A DNA stretch of 64,000 nt, taken from NCBI GenBank assembly GCA_016292095.1, contig JAEFAB010000007.1:41240-105239 (forward strand), in the 5' to 3' direction. Positions 36,125 to 46,855 of the stretch are shown one piece after another. Both the position numbers and the translations under genes were made by a program. The number at the start of each line of letters is the position of its first letter. Within the stretch, counting starts at the first letter, position 1. The stretch comes from Eubacterium sp. GTDB taxonomy: Bacteria; Bacillota; Clostridia; Lachnospirales; Lachnospiraceae. The notes under the pieces are model-generated. The model had not been told where the DNA came from. It ran no database searches and worked only from the letters and a program-made list of their open reading frames with translations.

Positions 36125-37549
36125 TTATTTATTATATTCTTCAATCTGCTTTTCTATGGTAGCAGTATCAGAACCATCCAATGTCATCTTAATCAGATTT
36201 GTAGCATTTGCTACAGAAGTTTCATCCTGTTCTACAACAGCTTTGTAGCTTCCGTCCCATAAAATCGGAAGTTTGGAAGGTGTTCCCACAACACTGTATG
36301 AAACAATGTTCCATCCGTTGTAATTGCTCTGAGAAGCAATGGCTGTCTGGAACTTCACTAAGGAAGGAAGGTTCAAATTCGTTGAGAAGGAATTTCCAAG
36401 AGCTTCCAAAATGTCCGTGTAGTTGTTCTGGACATAAGTGGATGTGGAAAGCATCTTGTTTGCAATAGCCTTCATAACAGCAACCTGATGCTTATTACGT
36501 CCCATATCGCCGGCGCCCAGTTTCTTACGTTCACGAGCATAAGTAAGGGCTTCTGCACCGTTCATTTCCTGTTTTCCTTCTTTGAAGACGTAATCTGCAC
36601 GACCTTCATCATTTTCGTAGTTTGCATAGGTACGTGTTGTAAAGCTGGAGTCTACATCTACAGTAACACCGCCCATTGCATCAATTAATCGACCGAAGCC
36701 GGTAAAGTTCATTTTTAAATAAGAATAATTGCTGTTATCAATCTCAACATGATAAAGAGTTCTTAAAGTATTCATAATGGCAGTGAATCCATTGTATTCG
36801 GAATTTTTGCCATACATACTGTTGTTACCCCATTTACCACCCTGTTCAATAACGTTGTAACCGGTAGTCCAATCGGAAGCAGTCATTTTGTTTCCGTTGG
36901 AATCGTATGCCACACCACTTCCGTAAAGACCAACGTGGGTGAGCTTTTCATAAGAAGAACCTGCATTTGGATCTACACTTTCCGCATCTACAACCACATA
37001 GTAATCTCTTGGTGTGGAAACCATCAGTACGGTGTAAGTTTTTGGATTTACAACCGCAAGAATGTTTGTATCGGAACGATAGTTCACATCATCAGAGTAT
37101 TCGCCGAATTCATCAGAAGCAGAAAGGAATACTACAAACGGAGTATCTACATCTACATGAATGTTTCCACCAAACTGATTTAAATAGGAAAGAAGTTTGT
37201 TTGAGAAAATACTTGCAACCACCAAAACAATAATCATAATAATTGCAAAAATCTTTCCGAAGGTACGGGTTCCTTTTTTGCCATGCTGTGTAAACATGGA
37301 AATCCCAAACAGTACCAGCAACACCCCAATCAATGCTGCCAAAAACGGTGTGGACAACAGTGTGTAAACCTTGCTGACAAAATAAACAGAAGCAGCAAGC
37401 TGAGTTAACGCAAGAAGAACACCGAAAATACTGCCCTTCTTTCCTGTAGATTTCTTTTTCCCTTTATTCGATGGGGCAATCCGTCCTTCTGAACGGTAGC
37501 CGTAATAACCTGTGTTATTATTCAATTCCGAAAGCGTTTTCTTTGCCAT
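36125..37549 (-). CDS. LCP (LytR-CpsA-Psr) glycopolymer transferase
   Basis: N-terminal TMs; RSDTNIL, STPRDYYV, FGRLIDAMGGV, ALTYARER, DMGRNKHQ. Confidence 0.9.
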   Translation of the reverse strand: MAKKTLSELNNNTGYYGYRSEGRIAPSNKGKKKSTGKKGSIFGVLLALTQLAASVYFVSKVYTLLSTPFLAALIGVLLVLFGISMFTQHGKKGTRTFGKIFAIIMIIVLVVASIFSNKLLSYLNQFGGNIHVDVDTPFVVFLSASDEFGEYSDDVNYRSDTNILAVVNPKTYTVLMVSTPRDYYVVVDAESVDPNAGSSYEKLTHVGLYGSGVAYDSNGNKMTASDWTTGYNVIEQGGKWGNNSMYGKNSEYNGFTAIMNTLRTLYHVEIDNSNYSYLKMNFTGFGRLIDAMGGVTVDVDSSFTTRTYANYENDEGRADYVFKEGKQEMNGAEALTYARERKKLGAGDMGRNKHQVAVMKAIANKMLSTSTYVQNNYTDILEALGNSFSTNLNLPSLVKFQTAIASQSNYNGWNIVSYSVVGTPSKLPILWDGSYKAVVEQDETSVANATNLIKMTLDGSDTATIEKQIEEYNK

Positions 37550-37860
37550 AGAATCCTCCTTTTTCTAAAACCATGTTTAGATGTGTTTTGTTTGTATATG
37601 ATAACTGTAATACGAATTATTCAAGTAAAATATTTCAAATTGCATTAATATAATGAAGACAGTGTCCTCAATGCATTGTTTTTCATTATACAACAGAAAT
37701 GGAAAAAGGGAAATAGGAAACCGCTTCCTTTTTCAGAGGACAAAACGTTGGTTTCATTGACAAACCCCATTCCCTTTGGTAAAATTGTCTTAATTTGTAA
37801 CAATTTATTTGGTAATTTTACCGATACTTTTACAAAAAGTTTATTGGAGATTAAGTTAGA

Positions 37861-39222
37861 ATGAGAGAATCAAGAGCTTTTCGAAGAATTGTTGTTCTTT
37901 TACTTTTAGCAATTAATGTTGTCGGACAAACGGCAATTTTTGGATATTTTTGGGTAACCCATTACAATTTAGGAATTGATCGACCTTTCGTTATCCGAGG
38001 TCATTTAGTGATGTTCTTAGTATACGCTATTTTGTTTACCGCATTTGGTAACGTATATGGCGCATTTAAAATTCGCAGGCTTCAGTACTCAAATCTGATC
38101 TTTTCACAGATTCTGGCATTACTGTTTTCCAATGTCATTGAGTATTTCGAAATTTCCCTGTTGTCATTGAAGATGGTGGATCCGGCCACATTGATTGGAA
38201 TGTCTTTTGATAACATTCTTTTTGCATTGCTTTGGTGTGGTGTGGAAATCCTTGTTTATCGTTGGTTATACCCACCACGAGACATGCTTCTTATTTACAG
38301 CGACAGAGATCCGGATAATTTAGTTAAGAAGATTAAAACAAGAGAAGATAAATATATGATTACTGATGAAATCCACTGCGATGCGGATCCGGATGAATTA
38401 AAGTATGCGATTCGTCATCATCAGTCAGTAATCCTTTGCGATATCCCAAGTGGACAGCGTAACCAGATTATTAAATATTGTTATATGCATGATAAGCGTG
38501 CGTATATTACACCGAAACTTTCGGATATTATTATTATCGGATGCGAACAAAATACCTTGTTCGATTCTCCGTTATTGGTTACTAAGATTAAAGGCTTAAA
38601 GTGGGAGCAGGCAGCGGTTAAGAGATTTATGGATATTGTAATCTCTTTGGCATTATGTATTCCTACTTTGGCGGTGATGGTTCTGGTAGCAATCGGAAAC
38701 CTGATTTGGGACAGAGGACCGTTGTTCTATACACAGCCTCGTCTCACACAAAACGGAAAAGTATTTAAGATTATCAAGTTCCGAAGCATGAAAGTGGATT
38801 CGGAAAAAGACGGTGCAAGACTTGCAGCAAAAGAGGATGAAAGAATTACAAAAGTGGGACGTGTTCTTCGTGCTACTCATTTGGACGAGTTGCCACAGGT
38901 CTTCAATATTCTGATGGGACATATGTCCGTTGTCGGTCCGAGACCGGAAAGACCGGAGATTGCCAAGGAATATGAAGAAGCAATTCCGGAATTCCGATTC
39001 CGTTTGAAAGTGAAAGCCGGTTTGACCGGATATGCACAGGTATATGGAAAGTACAATACGACTCCATATGATAAATTGAAATTAGACTTATATTACATTC
39101 AGCATTATAAAGTTTATATGGATATTCAATTGATTCTAATGACCTTTAAGATTATGTTCCTGAAGGAAAACACGGAAGGAATTGAGAAGGATCAGGTAAC
39201 TGCAACCATAACAAAGAGATAG
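37861..39222 (+). CDS. Initiating polyprenyl-phosphate sugar phosphotransferase (CpsE/WcaJ-like)
   Basis: KRFMDI, KFRSM, DERITKVG, LDELPQ, VGPRPERP, GLTGYAQ. Confidence 0.9.
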   Translation: MRESRAFRRIVVLLLLAINVVGQTAIFGYFWVTHYNLGIDRPFVIRGHLVMFLVYAILFTAFGNVYGAFKIRRLQYSNLIFSQILALLFSNVIEYFEISLLSLKMVDPATLIGMSFDNILFALLWCGVEILVYRWLYPPRDMLLIYSDRDPDNLVKKIKTREDKYMITDEIHCDADPDELKYAIRHHQSVILCDIPSGQRNQIIKYCYMHDKRAYITPKLSDIIIIGCEQNTLFDSPLLVTKIKGLKWEQAAVKRFMDIVISLALCIPTLAVMVLVAIGNLIWDRGPLFYTQPRLTQNGKVFKIIKFRSMKVDSEKDGARLAAKEDERITKVGRVLRATHLDELPQVFNILMGHMSVVGPRPERPEIAKEYEEAIPEFRFRLKVKAGLTGYAQVYGKYNTTPYDKLKLDLYYIQHYKVYMDIQLILMTFKIMFLKENTEGIEKDQVTATITKR

Positions 39223-39232
39223 GGGAACAATT

Positions 39233-40045
39233 GTGGATTATTCCGTATTAATGTCAGTATATTATAAAGAAAAACCTGAATATTTAAGGGCCTCCATAGA
39301 CAGCATTTTGAATCAGACGGTTCCAACCAATGATTTTGTGCTTGTCTGTGACGGACCGATTGGTAACAGCCTGGAAGATGTGATTGACGAATGTCAAAGA
39401 ACAGCTCCGGGCTTGTTCAATATCTATAGACTTTCAAAAAACATGGGATTGGCGAAGGCATTGAACCATGGAATTATACAATGTAAAAATGAAGTGATTG
39501 CCCGAATGGACAGTGATGACATTGCAGCCCCGAATCGTATGGAAATGCAGTTGAAGGTGATGGAAGAACAGGGATTGGATTTGATTGGTTCCAATGTGAT
39601 TGAATTTAACGGGGATGTTTCTAACACCGGTGGTATTCGACAGGTTCCGGAGACTCAGGAGGAAATTATGTCCTTTGTGAAAAACAGAACGCCTTTCAAT
39701 CATCCGACAGTGGTGTATAAAAAGTCGGCTGTGGTAGAAGCAGGACTATACGAGGACTACCGTTATTTTGAGGATTATCACCTTTGGGCAACTATGTTAA
39801 AGAATGGCGCAAAAGGGTACAATGTTCAGGAGAACTTAGTGTTTATGCGCGGTGGCGAAGCAATGTATAAGCGCCGCGGCGGTTTGCGTTATATCGGAAG
39901 CATTTTCCGTTTTCAGAATTCCCTCCGGAAAATGGGATACATCGGAATGGGAAAATTTTTATTCAATGGATTATCAAGATCCCTTGTAAGCCTGTGCCCA
40001 ACAGGACTTAGAAAATTTCTATATGAAAAAGTTTTAAGAAAATAG
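39233..40045 (+). CDS. GT2 glycosyltransferase (AmsE-like)
   Basis: SVLMSVY, LVCDGP, ARMDSDD, PFNHP, EDYHLW. Confidence 0.88.
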   Translation: MDYSVLMSVYYKEKPEYLRASIDSILNQTVPTNDFVLVCDGPIGNSLEDVIDECQRTAPGLFNIYRLSKNMGLAKALNHGIIQCKNEVIARMDSDDIAAPNRMEMQLKVMEEQGLDLIGSNVIEFNGDVSNTGGIRQVPETQEEIMSFVKNRTPFNHPTVVYKKSAVVEAGLYEDYRYFEDYHLWATMLKNGAKGYNVQENLVFMRGGEAMYKRRGGLRYIGSIFRFQNSLRKMGYIGMGKFLFNGLSRSLVSLCPTGLRKFLYEKVLRK

Positions 40046-40059
40046 GCAAGGAAGAAAAG

Positions 40060-41175
40060 ATGAAGAAAGAGTTGTTGAAAATCGGATTTAAACCACTTAC
40101 ATTGCTGAATAAAGTAATGAAAAAGAATCCTAAGATGATTTTTTTCTATTCCAATTTAGGGTTTCGGGATAATGTAAAAGCGTTTTATGATTATCTGATT
40201 CAAAATAAATATCATGAAAATTATGAAATTGTAGTAAGTGCCAATGACTTCGAACGGTTTGTAAAAGATGCTCCGGAAGGGGTAACCTTTGTAAATTTAA
40301 AGGCGGGAATTCGATATTTCCTGAAGGCAAAATATGCCTTTTTCTGTTTTGGAAAATATCCGATTAAGCCGGCAAAGAAGCAGATGGTTGTAAACCTTTG
40401 GCATGGAACGCCGTTAAAGAAAATCGGAAATCTGGAAGCGGGTTGCGAGAAGATTGACTACAATTTCTTTACGAAAGTTCTAACAACGGCACCGATGTAC
40501 AAGTCGATTATGGCAAGTATTTTTGGTTGTAAGGAAAGCCAGGTAGAGGTTATGGGAAATCCCCGAAACGATGAAATGTTTGTTTCAAACAAATTGCTAG
40601 ATACAGCGATTCGTCGCGGAAGCAGAAAAGTATTTCTTTGGTTGCCGACCTATCGGGAGTATAACCCGGACTTTGTGATCAGCTGTTTGGGACGTGAAGA
40701 TTTGGACCGACTGAATGAATACCTGAAAGGTGTCGAAAGTCGGCTGATTATTAAGACTCATCCGTTACAGACGATTGCGGAAGAATCACTGAACTATCCG
40801 TATATTGATTTTATTACGGAAGAGCAGTTGCAGAAACAGAAAATGACAGTGTACACGCTGTTGCGTAATGCAGACGGTTTGATTACCGATTACTCATCCG
40901 TGTATTTTGACTATATGCTTTTGGACCGACCAATTGCTTTTGCAGTGGAAGATATGGAAGAGTATGGTGCCAAGAGAGGTTTTGTTTTTGAAAATCCAAA
41001 GGAATATATGCCGGGAATGGAAATCCGGAAGGTGGAGGATGTGGAGAAATTTATTTCCGATACCTTTAACGGAATGGATCCTTGGAAGGAACAACGAAAA
41101 GAAATTAATGACAAAGTAAACTATTATCAGGATGGCGATACCTGTGAACGGATCGCAAAACGATTTATCAGATAG
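40060..41175 (+). CDS. CDP-glycerol glycerophosphotransferase family protein
   Basis: NLWHGTPLK, GNPRND, WLPTYR, LITDYSSVYFD. Confidence 0.88.
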   Translation: MKKELLKIGFKPLTLLNKVMKKNPKMIFFYSNLGFRDNVKAFYDYLIQNKYHENYEIVVSANDFERFVKDAPEGVTFVNLKAGIRYFLKAKYAFFCFGKYPIKPAKKQMVVNLWHGTPLKKIGNLEAGCEKIDYNFFTKVLTTAPMYKSIMASIFGCKESQVEVMGNPRNDEMFVSNKLLDTAIRRGSRKVFLWLPTYREYNPDFVISCLGREDLDRLNEYLKGVESRLIIKTHPLQTIAEESLNYPYIDFITEEQLQKQKMTVYTLLRNADGLITDYSSVYFDYMLLDRPIAFAVEDMEEYGAKRGFVFENPKEYMPGMEIRKVEDVEKFISDTFNGMDPWKEQRKEINDKVNYYQDGDTCERIAKRFIR

Positions 41176-41184
41176 GAAGAAATT

Positions 41185-42396
41185 GTGAAAGTAATTAAAA
41201 ATTGCCTGAGAAGGCTGATGCTTTTATACAAGAGAATACTGTTTGGTGTGGCAAAACTGTTGTGCAGACCGGATGAAAAGACGGTTGTCTTTGAAAGTTT
41301 TCAGGGGCGCAGTTTTACCTGCAATCCCAAAGGAATTTATGAAGCTATGAAGAAGGATCCGACCTATAAGGATTTCCGCTTCATTTGGGTGTTTCGGGAT
41401 TTGGAGAAAGGAAAGAACCTGATTAAGGATGACACTGTTTCTCTGGTGAAATTTGAAAGTCCTTCTTATTATAAAGCTCTGGCAGGAGCAAAGTACTGGA
41501 TTTTCAATTCCAATCCAAGGACCTTTGTGAAACCGGGAAAGAAGCAGGTATTTGTTCAGACCTGGCATGGGACACCGCTAAAGAAGATTGGCTGTGATGT
41601 GGAGCATGCAGGAAACGCCGTAACAAAACTTTCGGAGATTTCAAAAATCTATCATCGGGAGGCGGCAAAGATTTCCTATATGATTTCCCCTTCTGCGTAC
41701 TGTACGGACAAGTTGATTTCCGCATTTGCTTTAAAGACGGTGGGAAAAGAAAACCGTGTATTGGAAATCGGTTATCCGAGAAATGATAGCCTGTTTCAAA
41801 GAACAGAGGATGAAATCCGAAAAATCAAGGAACAGTTAAATATTCCGAGGGACAAGAAGGTGCTGTTGTATGCACCAACGTTTCGGGATAATAAACATTC
41901 CCAACGAAGTGGATTTTCCGTCGAACAGGGAATTGACTTCCAAAGTTTCCGGGATGCTTTGGGAGAGGACTATATTGTTTTGTTCCGCGCGCACTACTTC
42001 ATTGCAAAGCGATTGAATCTGAAGGCCTTTGAAGGATTTGTTTATGATGTGTCGGACGTTAATGATATCAATGAACTGTATCTGGTCAGTGATTTGCTGG
42101 TGACGGACTATTCTTCCGTATTTTTCGACTATGCAAACTTAAGGAGACCGATGTTCTTTTTGGTTTATGATTATCAGGAATACAAAAATCAGGTGAGGGA
42201 TTTGTACTTTGATTTGCAGGAATTGCCGGGACCGATTGTTGAGACACAGCAGGCGCTGGTTCGGGAAATTCAAAATTACCGTCCGGAAGAATGGACTGAA
42301 AAGTATGAAGCTTTTCATGAAAAGTACAACCCGTTGGATGGACCGGACTGTGGTAAAAAGGCAGCAGATTGTATTGTGAAAAAGAGAAAAATTTGA
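41185..42396 (+). CDS. CDP-glycerol glycerophosphotransferase family protein
   Basis: QTWHGTPLK, GYPRND, YAPTFRD, VTDYSSVFFD. Confidence 0.9.
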   Translation: MKVIKNCLRRLMLLYKRILFGVAKLLCRPDEKTVVFESFQGRSFTCNPKGIYEAMKKDPTYKDFRFIWVFRDLEKGKNLIKDDTVSLVKFESPSYYKALAGAKYWIFNSNPRTFVKPGKKQVFVQTWHGTPLKKIGCDVEHAGNAVTKLSEISKIYHREAAKISYMISPSAYCTDKLISAFALKTVGKENRVLEIGYPRNDSLFQRTEDEIRKIKEQLNIPRDKKVLLYAPTFRDNKHSQRSGFSVEQGIDFQSFRDALGEDYIVLFRAHYFIAKRLNLKAFEGFVYDVSDVNDINELYLVSDLLVTDYSSVFFDYANLRRPMFFLVYDYQEYKNQVRDLYFDLQELPGPIVETQQALVREIQNYRPEEWTEKYEAFHEKYNPLDGPDCGKKAADCIVKKRKI

Positions 42397-42471
42397 CTAA
42401 TTGGCAAGAAGTCCGTAAAATAGCGTATGGACTGTATTGATAAATTTATGATCTAAAGGAGATTAGAGATT

Positions 42472-42864
42472 ATGAAACGAGTAATTACTTATGGAACATT
42501 TGACATGCTTCATTATGGACATATTAATTTATTGCGTAGAGCAAAAGAATTGGGAGATTATCTGGTGGTAGTATTATCAACAGATGAATTCAATTGGAAC
42601 TCTAAGCAGAAGAAATGTTATTTTACATATGAAGAGCGTAAGAAAGTTTTAGAAGCAATTCGCTACGTAGATTTAGTAATTCCTGAAAACAATTGGGAAC
42701 AGAAAGTTTCTGACGTTCAGGATTATAAGATTGATACTTTCGTTATGGGAAATGACTGGGAAGGAAAGTTTGACTTCTTAAAGGATTACTGTGAAGTTGT
42801 TTACCTTCCAAGAACAGAAGGAATTTCCACAACACAGATTAAAGAAGATTTAAATAATAAGTAA
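42472..42864 (+). CDS. tagD: Glycerol-3-phosphate cytidylyltransferase
   Basis: YGTFDMLHYGH, LPRTEGISTT. Confidence 0.95.
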   Translation: MKRVITYGTFDMLHYGHINLLRRAKELGDYLVVVLSTDEFNWNSKQKKCYFTYEERKKVLEAIRYVDLVIPENNWEQKVSDVQDYKIDTFVMGNDWEGKFDFLKDYCEVVYLPRTEGISTTQIKEDLNNK

Positions 42865-42891
42865 GAGATTGGTTCATGGCGGAGGAACGAA

Positions 42892-45075
42892 ATGATTAGT
42901 ATTGTTGTAACACATCAGATGAATTTAAAATATCTGCGGGATTGTCTGGAAAGTATTGCAGACCAGAATTATCCGGATATTGAAACCATTCTCGTATTGG
43001 ACCATACGGAGGATGATGTTACAGAACTGGTTTCTGAATTACAGGAGAAAATTAATCTCTCTGTATACGAATTGGAAGAAGGCAGAACCGGATTGTCTGC
43101 TGCCAGAAATCTTGGCTTAAGCAAAGTTCAGGGAGACCACTTTATGTTCCTGGACAATGACGATTATCTGATGCCGGGAGCAATTCAGGGATTCTTGGAA
43201 GTATTGGAAGAAGACACCGATATTGTCTATGCCAGACTTCACAGTACCCGTGGAGACCGTGCTGCATATCTGGAAGGCAGAGCGGAGCCGATGCTGGGAG
43301 AAGAAGAAGTGGAAGCCAGCATGAACTTCGATGATGGAATCAATTATTGTGTGGAACGATACCGATTATTCGAGAAACTGACGATTCTTGCTTGCTTGTA
43401 TCGTACCGGTTTGTGGACTGAGAATGATATTCATTTCAATGAGGAACTGCTCTTTTTCGCAGATGCTCCGGTTATGGCAAGAGTCTTCAGTAAGGCAAAG
43501 AAGTTAAAAGGTGCAGAAAACGCAACCTATGTAAAGCGTTTTCATAACGATAAGGTAAATAATCCTTCACAGTTACAGTATCCGAAGGATGAAACAATGC
43601 CTTATTACATTAAATCATATAACGAAGCAATTTCTGTTGTGGAAAATGACAGAGTTCGAAAACATATGAATTTGATTTTGGGAAAATTCATTGCCAGATT
43701 ATTCCCGAAAAAATATCGTGGAAGTGATGATGATAAATGGAGAGGGGAATATTATCACGCCCTTTTGGACATGTCCAAGACCATTGATAAGAAACATATT
43801 CGCAAGTCTGATATGTTCCGCCGAAATAAAAAGTACCTTTTCAAGTTTATGAAGGGCAATGAAGCGAAGATTGGAAAATATTCCAATATGCTTTTGGCGA
43901 AGAGAAAACTCATTCGTATGTTTCAGGATAGCCATTTCAGAAACAAAACCATTACACAGTACATTTTTGCAAAGTGGTCTTTAAAAGAAAACTGGGTTGT
44001 TTTTGAAAGTTTTATGGGAAGAAATTATTCCGGACAGCCGAAGTATATTTATCAGTATATGCAGAAAACATATGGAGATAAATATCGTTATATCTGGATT
44101 GTAGATAAGCATGGAATTAAAATTGACGGAAAGTGCAAAAAGGTGAAGCGCTGGAGTCTTAAGTACTTTTTCTATATGAATCGTAGTAAGTATTGGGTAC
44201 TGAACATGCGTCAGCCGTTAAGTGTTCCGAGAAGAGAAGAAACAATTCTCTTGCAGACCTGGCACGGTACTCCGTTAAAGAAACTTGCATTTGACCTGGA
44301 AAACATTCATTCTTATACACCGAAGTACAAAGAAAATGTATTCAAGCAATCCAGAGATTGGAACTATATGCTTTCAGATAATCCACATTCTTCCAAGTGC
44401 TTTACCAGTGCATATATGTTGGAACAGCATCAGTTATTGGAAGCAGGATATCCTGCCAACGATCCGATGTATGCACCGGACAAAGAACAGCGTGCGGAAC
44501 AGTTGAAAGAACAATTGGGAATTCCAAAAGATAAAAAGGTCATTCTTTATGCACCGACATGGAGAGATGATGAATTTATCGATACCGGAGAATATGGATT
44601 TAATCTTGCATTGGATGTAGATAAAATGCGGGAACAGTTTTCTGATGAGTATGTACTTTTGATGAGACTGCATTATCTGGTGGTAGAACGACTGGATAAG
44701 AAAATGTTTGACGACTTCGTGATGAATGTTAGCAGTTATGATGATATTACGGACTTATATCTTTTAACAGATTTAATTATCACGGATTATTCATCAGTAT
44801 TTTTCGATTTTGCAAATCTGAAACGACCAATGTTGTTCTATATGTATGACTTGGAAAATTACAGAGACAATCTTCACGGATTTTATTTGAATATTCAGGA
44901 AATCCTTCCGGGACCGATTCTTCGAACCAATGAAGAAGTGTTTGATGCGATTGCAAACATTGATCGGGTAGAAGAAGAATACAAAGAGAAATATGATGCA
45001 TTTTACGAAGAATTCTGTTGTTGGGACGATGGTCATGCAGCAGAACGCGTTGTGAAAGAAGTATTTCAGAAATAA
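42892..45075 (+). CDS. tagF: GT2 (GT-A) plus TagF-like glycerophosphotransferase fusion
   Basis: GLSAARN, FLDNDD; QTWHGTPLK, GYPAND, YAPTWRD, ITDYSSVFFD. Confidence 0.85.
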   Translation: MISIVVTHQMNLKYLRDCLESIADQNYPDIETILVLDHTEDDVTELVSELQEKINLSVYELEEGRTGLSAARNLGLSKVQGDHFMFLDNDDYLMPGAIQGFLEVLEEDTDIVYARLHSTRGDRAAYLEGRAEPMLGEEEVEASMNFDDGINYCVERYRLFEKLTILACLYRTGLWTENDIHFNEELLFFADAPVMARVFSKAKKLKGAENATYVKRFHNDKVNNPSQLQYPKDETMPYYIKSYNEAISVVENDRVRKHMNLILGKFIARLFPKKYRGSDDDKWRGEYYHALLDMSKTIDKKHIRKSDMFRRNKKYLFKFMKGNEAKIGKYSNMLLAKRKLIRMFQDSHFRNKTITQYIFAKWSLKENWVVFESFMGRNYSGQPKYIYQYMQKTYGDKYRYIWIVDKHGIKIDGKCKKVKRWSLKYFFYMNRSKYWVLNMRQPLSVPRREETILLQTWHGTPLKKLAFDLENIHSYTPKYKENVFKQSRDWNYMLSDNPHSSKCFTSAYMLEQHQLLEAGYPANDPMYAPDKEQRAEQLKEQLGIPKDKKVILYAPTWRDDEFIDTGEYGFNLALDVDKMREQFSDEYVLLMRLHYLVVERLDKKMFDDFVMNVSSYDDITDLYLLTDLIITDYSSVFFDFANLKRPMLFYMYDLENYRDNLHGFYLNIQEILPGPILRTNEEVFDAIANIDRVEEEYKEKYDAFYEEFCCWDDGHAAERVVKEVFQK

Positions 45076-45115
45076 AAAAAGAATTGTACAGCAGTGATGT
45101 TGTACAATTCTTTTT
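45076..45115. terminator. Bidirectional terminator
   Basis: A-run, GAATTGTACAGCA/TGTTGTACAATTC stem, T-run, between convergent genes. Confidence 0.75.
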
Positions 45116-45118
45116 TGT

Positions 45119-46849
45119 TTATAGCAGGGCATTGGCAAAGGATGCCCAGTATTTGGTGATTTCACCAATGAATTCGATTTGGTCAAAATGAACATTCCCC
45201 AGGGTTCGACGGACTTCCCTGCGGAAGAATGTTTGATTTTCCTGAGTGACAAAAGGTAATGCATACCATACAAGAATTCGAACTTCCGGTGGAAGATGAT
45301 TAAAGAACTCTTTGTTGAACTCATCTTTAAAGGAAGTAACCAACAAGGTTACATCCGTCTCAGAGTAATCAATTTCCTCCAGATAATCTGTTAACTCATC
45401 ATAATGTTCCTGAGAGTTGGTTCGGGTGTTAAAGCAAAGCAGCAACCGTTCCTTTCCGGTATTAAAGCCGTCAAAACCATAGAAAGATTTTTCCGGTCGG
45501 GTGTACTGTTCTAAATGAATTTCCGATAAATCTTCACGGAGATTTACATCGCTCCCCGGATCCAAAGCATCCCCAAATACAATATGAATAAATCGCATAC
45601 ATGCGTGACCGTCTTCATTGTAGGTACACCAGGATTTCATTGTTTCCTGCTTCGAAGCATAAGGCTTCATATATGCAGCAGGACTTTCTGAAATGGTGAT
45701 CTTGGTAAGGGCAGCACAGGCTTCCCTTTTATTGGATGTAACCAATCCCGGCAATACATCCGTTGGAACGTAAAGTCCTCTGCCGGATTCGTACTGGTCT
45801 AAGTCCGGTACATAGAAGATGATTGGTTTGTCCATCAGCAGATAATCAAAGAAAATGCTGGAGTAATCGGAAATTAATACATCCACAACGGACAGCAATT
45901 CATTGGTATCTACAGTAAAAGGAATTAAGATTTCTCTCAGCTCCGGATCCTGTGCCAAAATTCGGTAGAGGAAATAATGAACGCGGAGATAAATCCGGTA
46001 TTCCTTACGGTTAATGGAAGCAGTAAACTTCTGCACTAACGCTTTAAACTCATCTACATCATAACTGAGCTGGTCGTAAAGATTTCCTTTCCAAGTCGGT
46101 GCGTATAGAATGATTTTCTTGTCTGTTTCAATTCCTAATTGTTCCAACTTTTCCAAAACCGCTTCCCGGTCCGGATAAACCAAAGTATCACATCGTGGCG
46201 AACCGATTTCCAGAAGTTTTCCTTCAAAGAGACCGTCCATTTTATAGGCACGGCGATACATAACGTTAGTCATAAAGCGGTTGGCAGAAAGCAGGTAGTC
46301 TGCAGAGAGAAAATGTCTCGCAGGACCACGGGCATTTTCCACACGTTCTACGCTATGCTCATACCCCATTACCTTTGTTGGAACTCCGTGCCAGGTATTG
46401 ACGTAAACCTGCCCTTTTCGTTTCTCAAAAAAGTACCCGAAGGTTGTGTTTGCAATCAGATACTTGCAGGTGGCAAGATATCTGTAATAGTCATCGGAAC
46501 CCCGAAGAACAATAATAACATTTTCCAGAGAAGAAAATTCTTCCACATTAAAGTCTGCCAGCTCCAAATCATCAATGGACCAAACGTGTGTGAAGTCCTC
46601 AAAGGTCGGGTCGTCCAGCAACGCTTTGAAGATCGCACGGGGATGGTCTAAAATTCCCAATCCGGCAAAAGCTTCATAGAAAACATAGTTTTCTAAAATC
46701 GGTTCCTTCACCGCTTCGTAATAGACGAGCTTTCCCTTGTCCTTTCTGGATAGTCTGGAAGGCTGAATGATCTTTTTTATCATGCGCTTTCCGCGGGAAA
46801 TCATATTCGGTTTACGCGTGGCTTTAAATTTTTTCATTGTAATTCCCAC
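45119..46849 (-). CDS. TagF-like glycerophosphotransferase with truncated GT-B-like tail
   Basis: NTWHGVPTK, GSPRCD, YAPTWKG, ISDYSSIFFD; tail resembles only the N-half of the GT4 domain. Confidence 0.8.
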   Translation of the reverse strand: MGITMKKFKATRKPNMISRGKRMIKKIIQPSRLSRKDKGKLVYYEAVKEPILENYVFYEAFAGLGILDHPRAIFKALLDDPTFEDFTHVWSIDDLELADFNVEEFSSLENVIIVLRGSDDYYRYLATCKYLIANTTFGYFFEKRKGQVYVNTWHGVPTKVMGYEHSVERVENARGPARHFLSADYLLSANRFMTNVMYRRAYKMDGLFEGKLLEIGSPRCDTLVYPDREAVLEKLEQLGIETDKKIILYAPTWKGNLYDQLSYDVDEFKALVQKFTASINRKEYRIYLRVHYFLYRILAQDPELREILIPFTVDTNELLSVVDVLISDYSSIFFDYLLMDKPIIFYVPDLDQYESGRGLYVPTDVLPGLVTSNKREACAALTKITISESPAAYMKPYASKQETMKSWCTYNEDGHACMRFIHIVFGDALDPGSDVNLREDLSEIHLEQYTRPEKSFYGFDGFNTGKERLLLCFNTRTNSQEHYDELTDYLEEIDYSETDVTLLVTSFKDEFNKEFFNHLPPEVRILVWYALPFVTQENQTFFRREVRRTLGNVHFDQIEFIGEITKYWASFANALL

Positions 46850-46855
46850 ATCCTT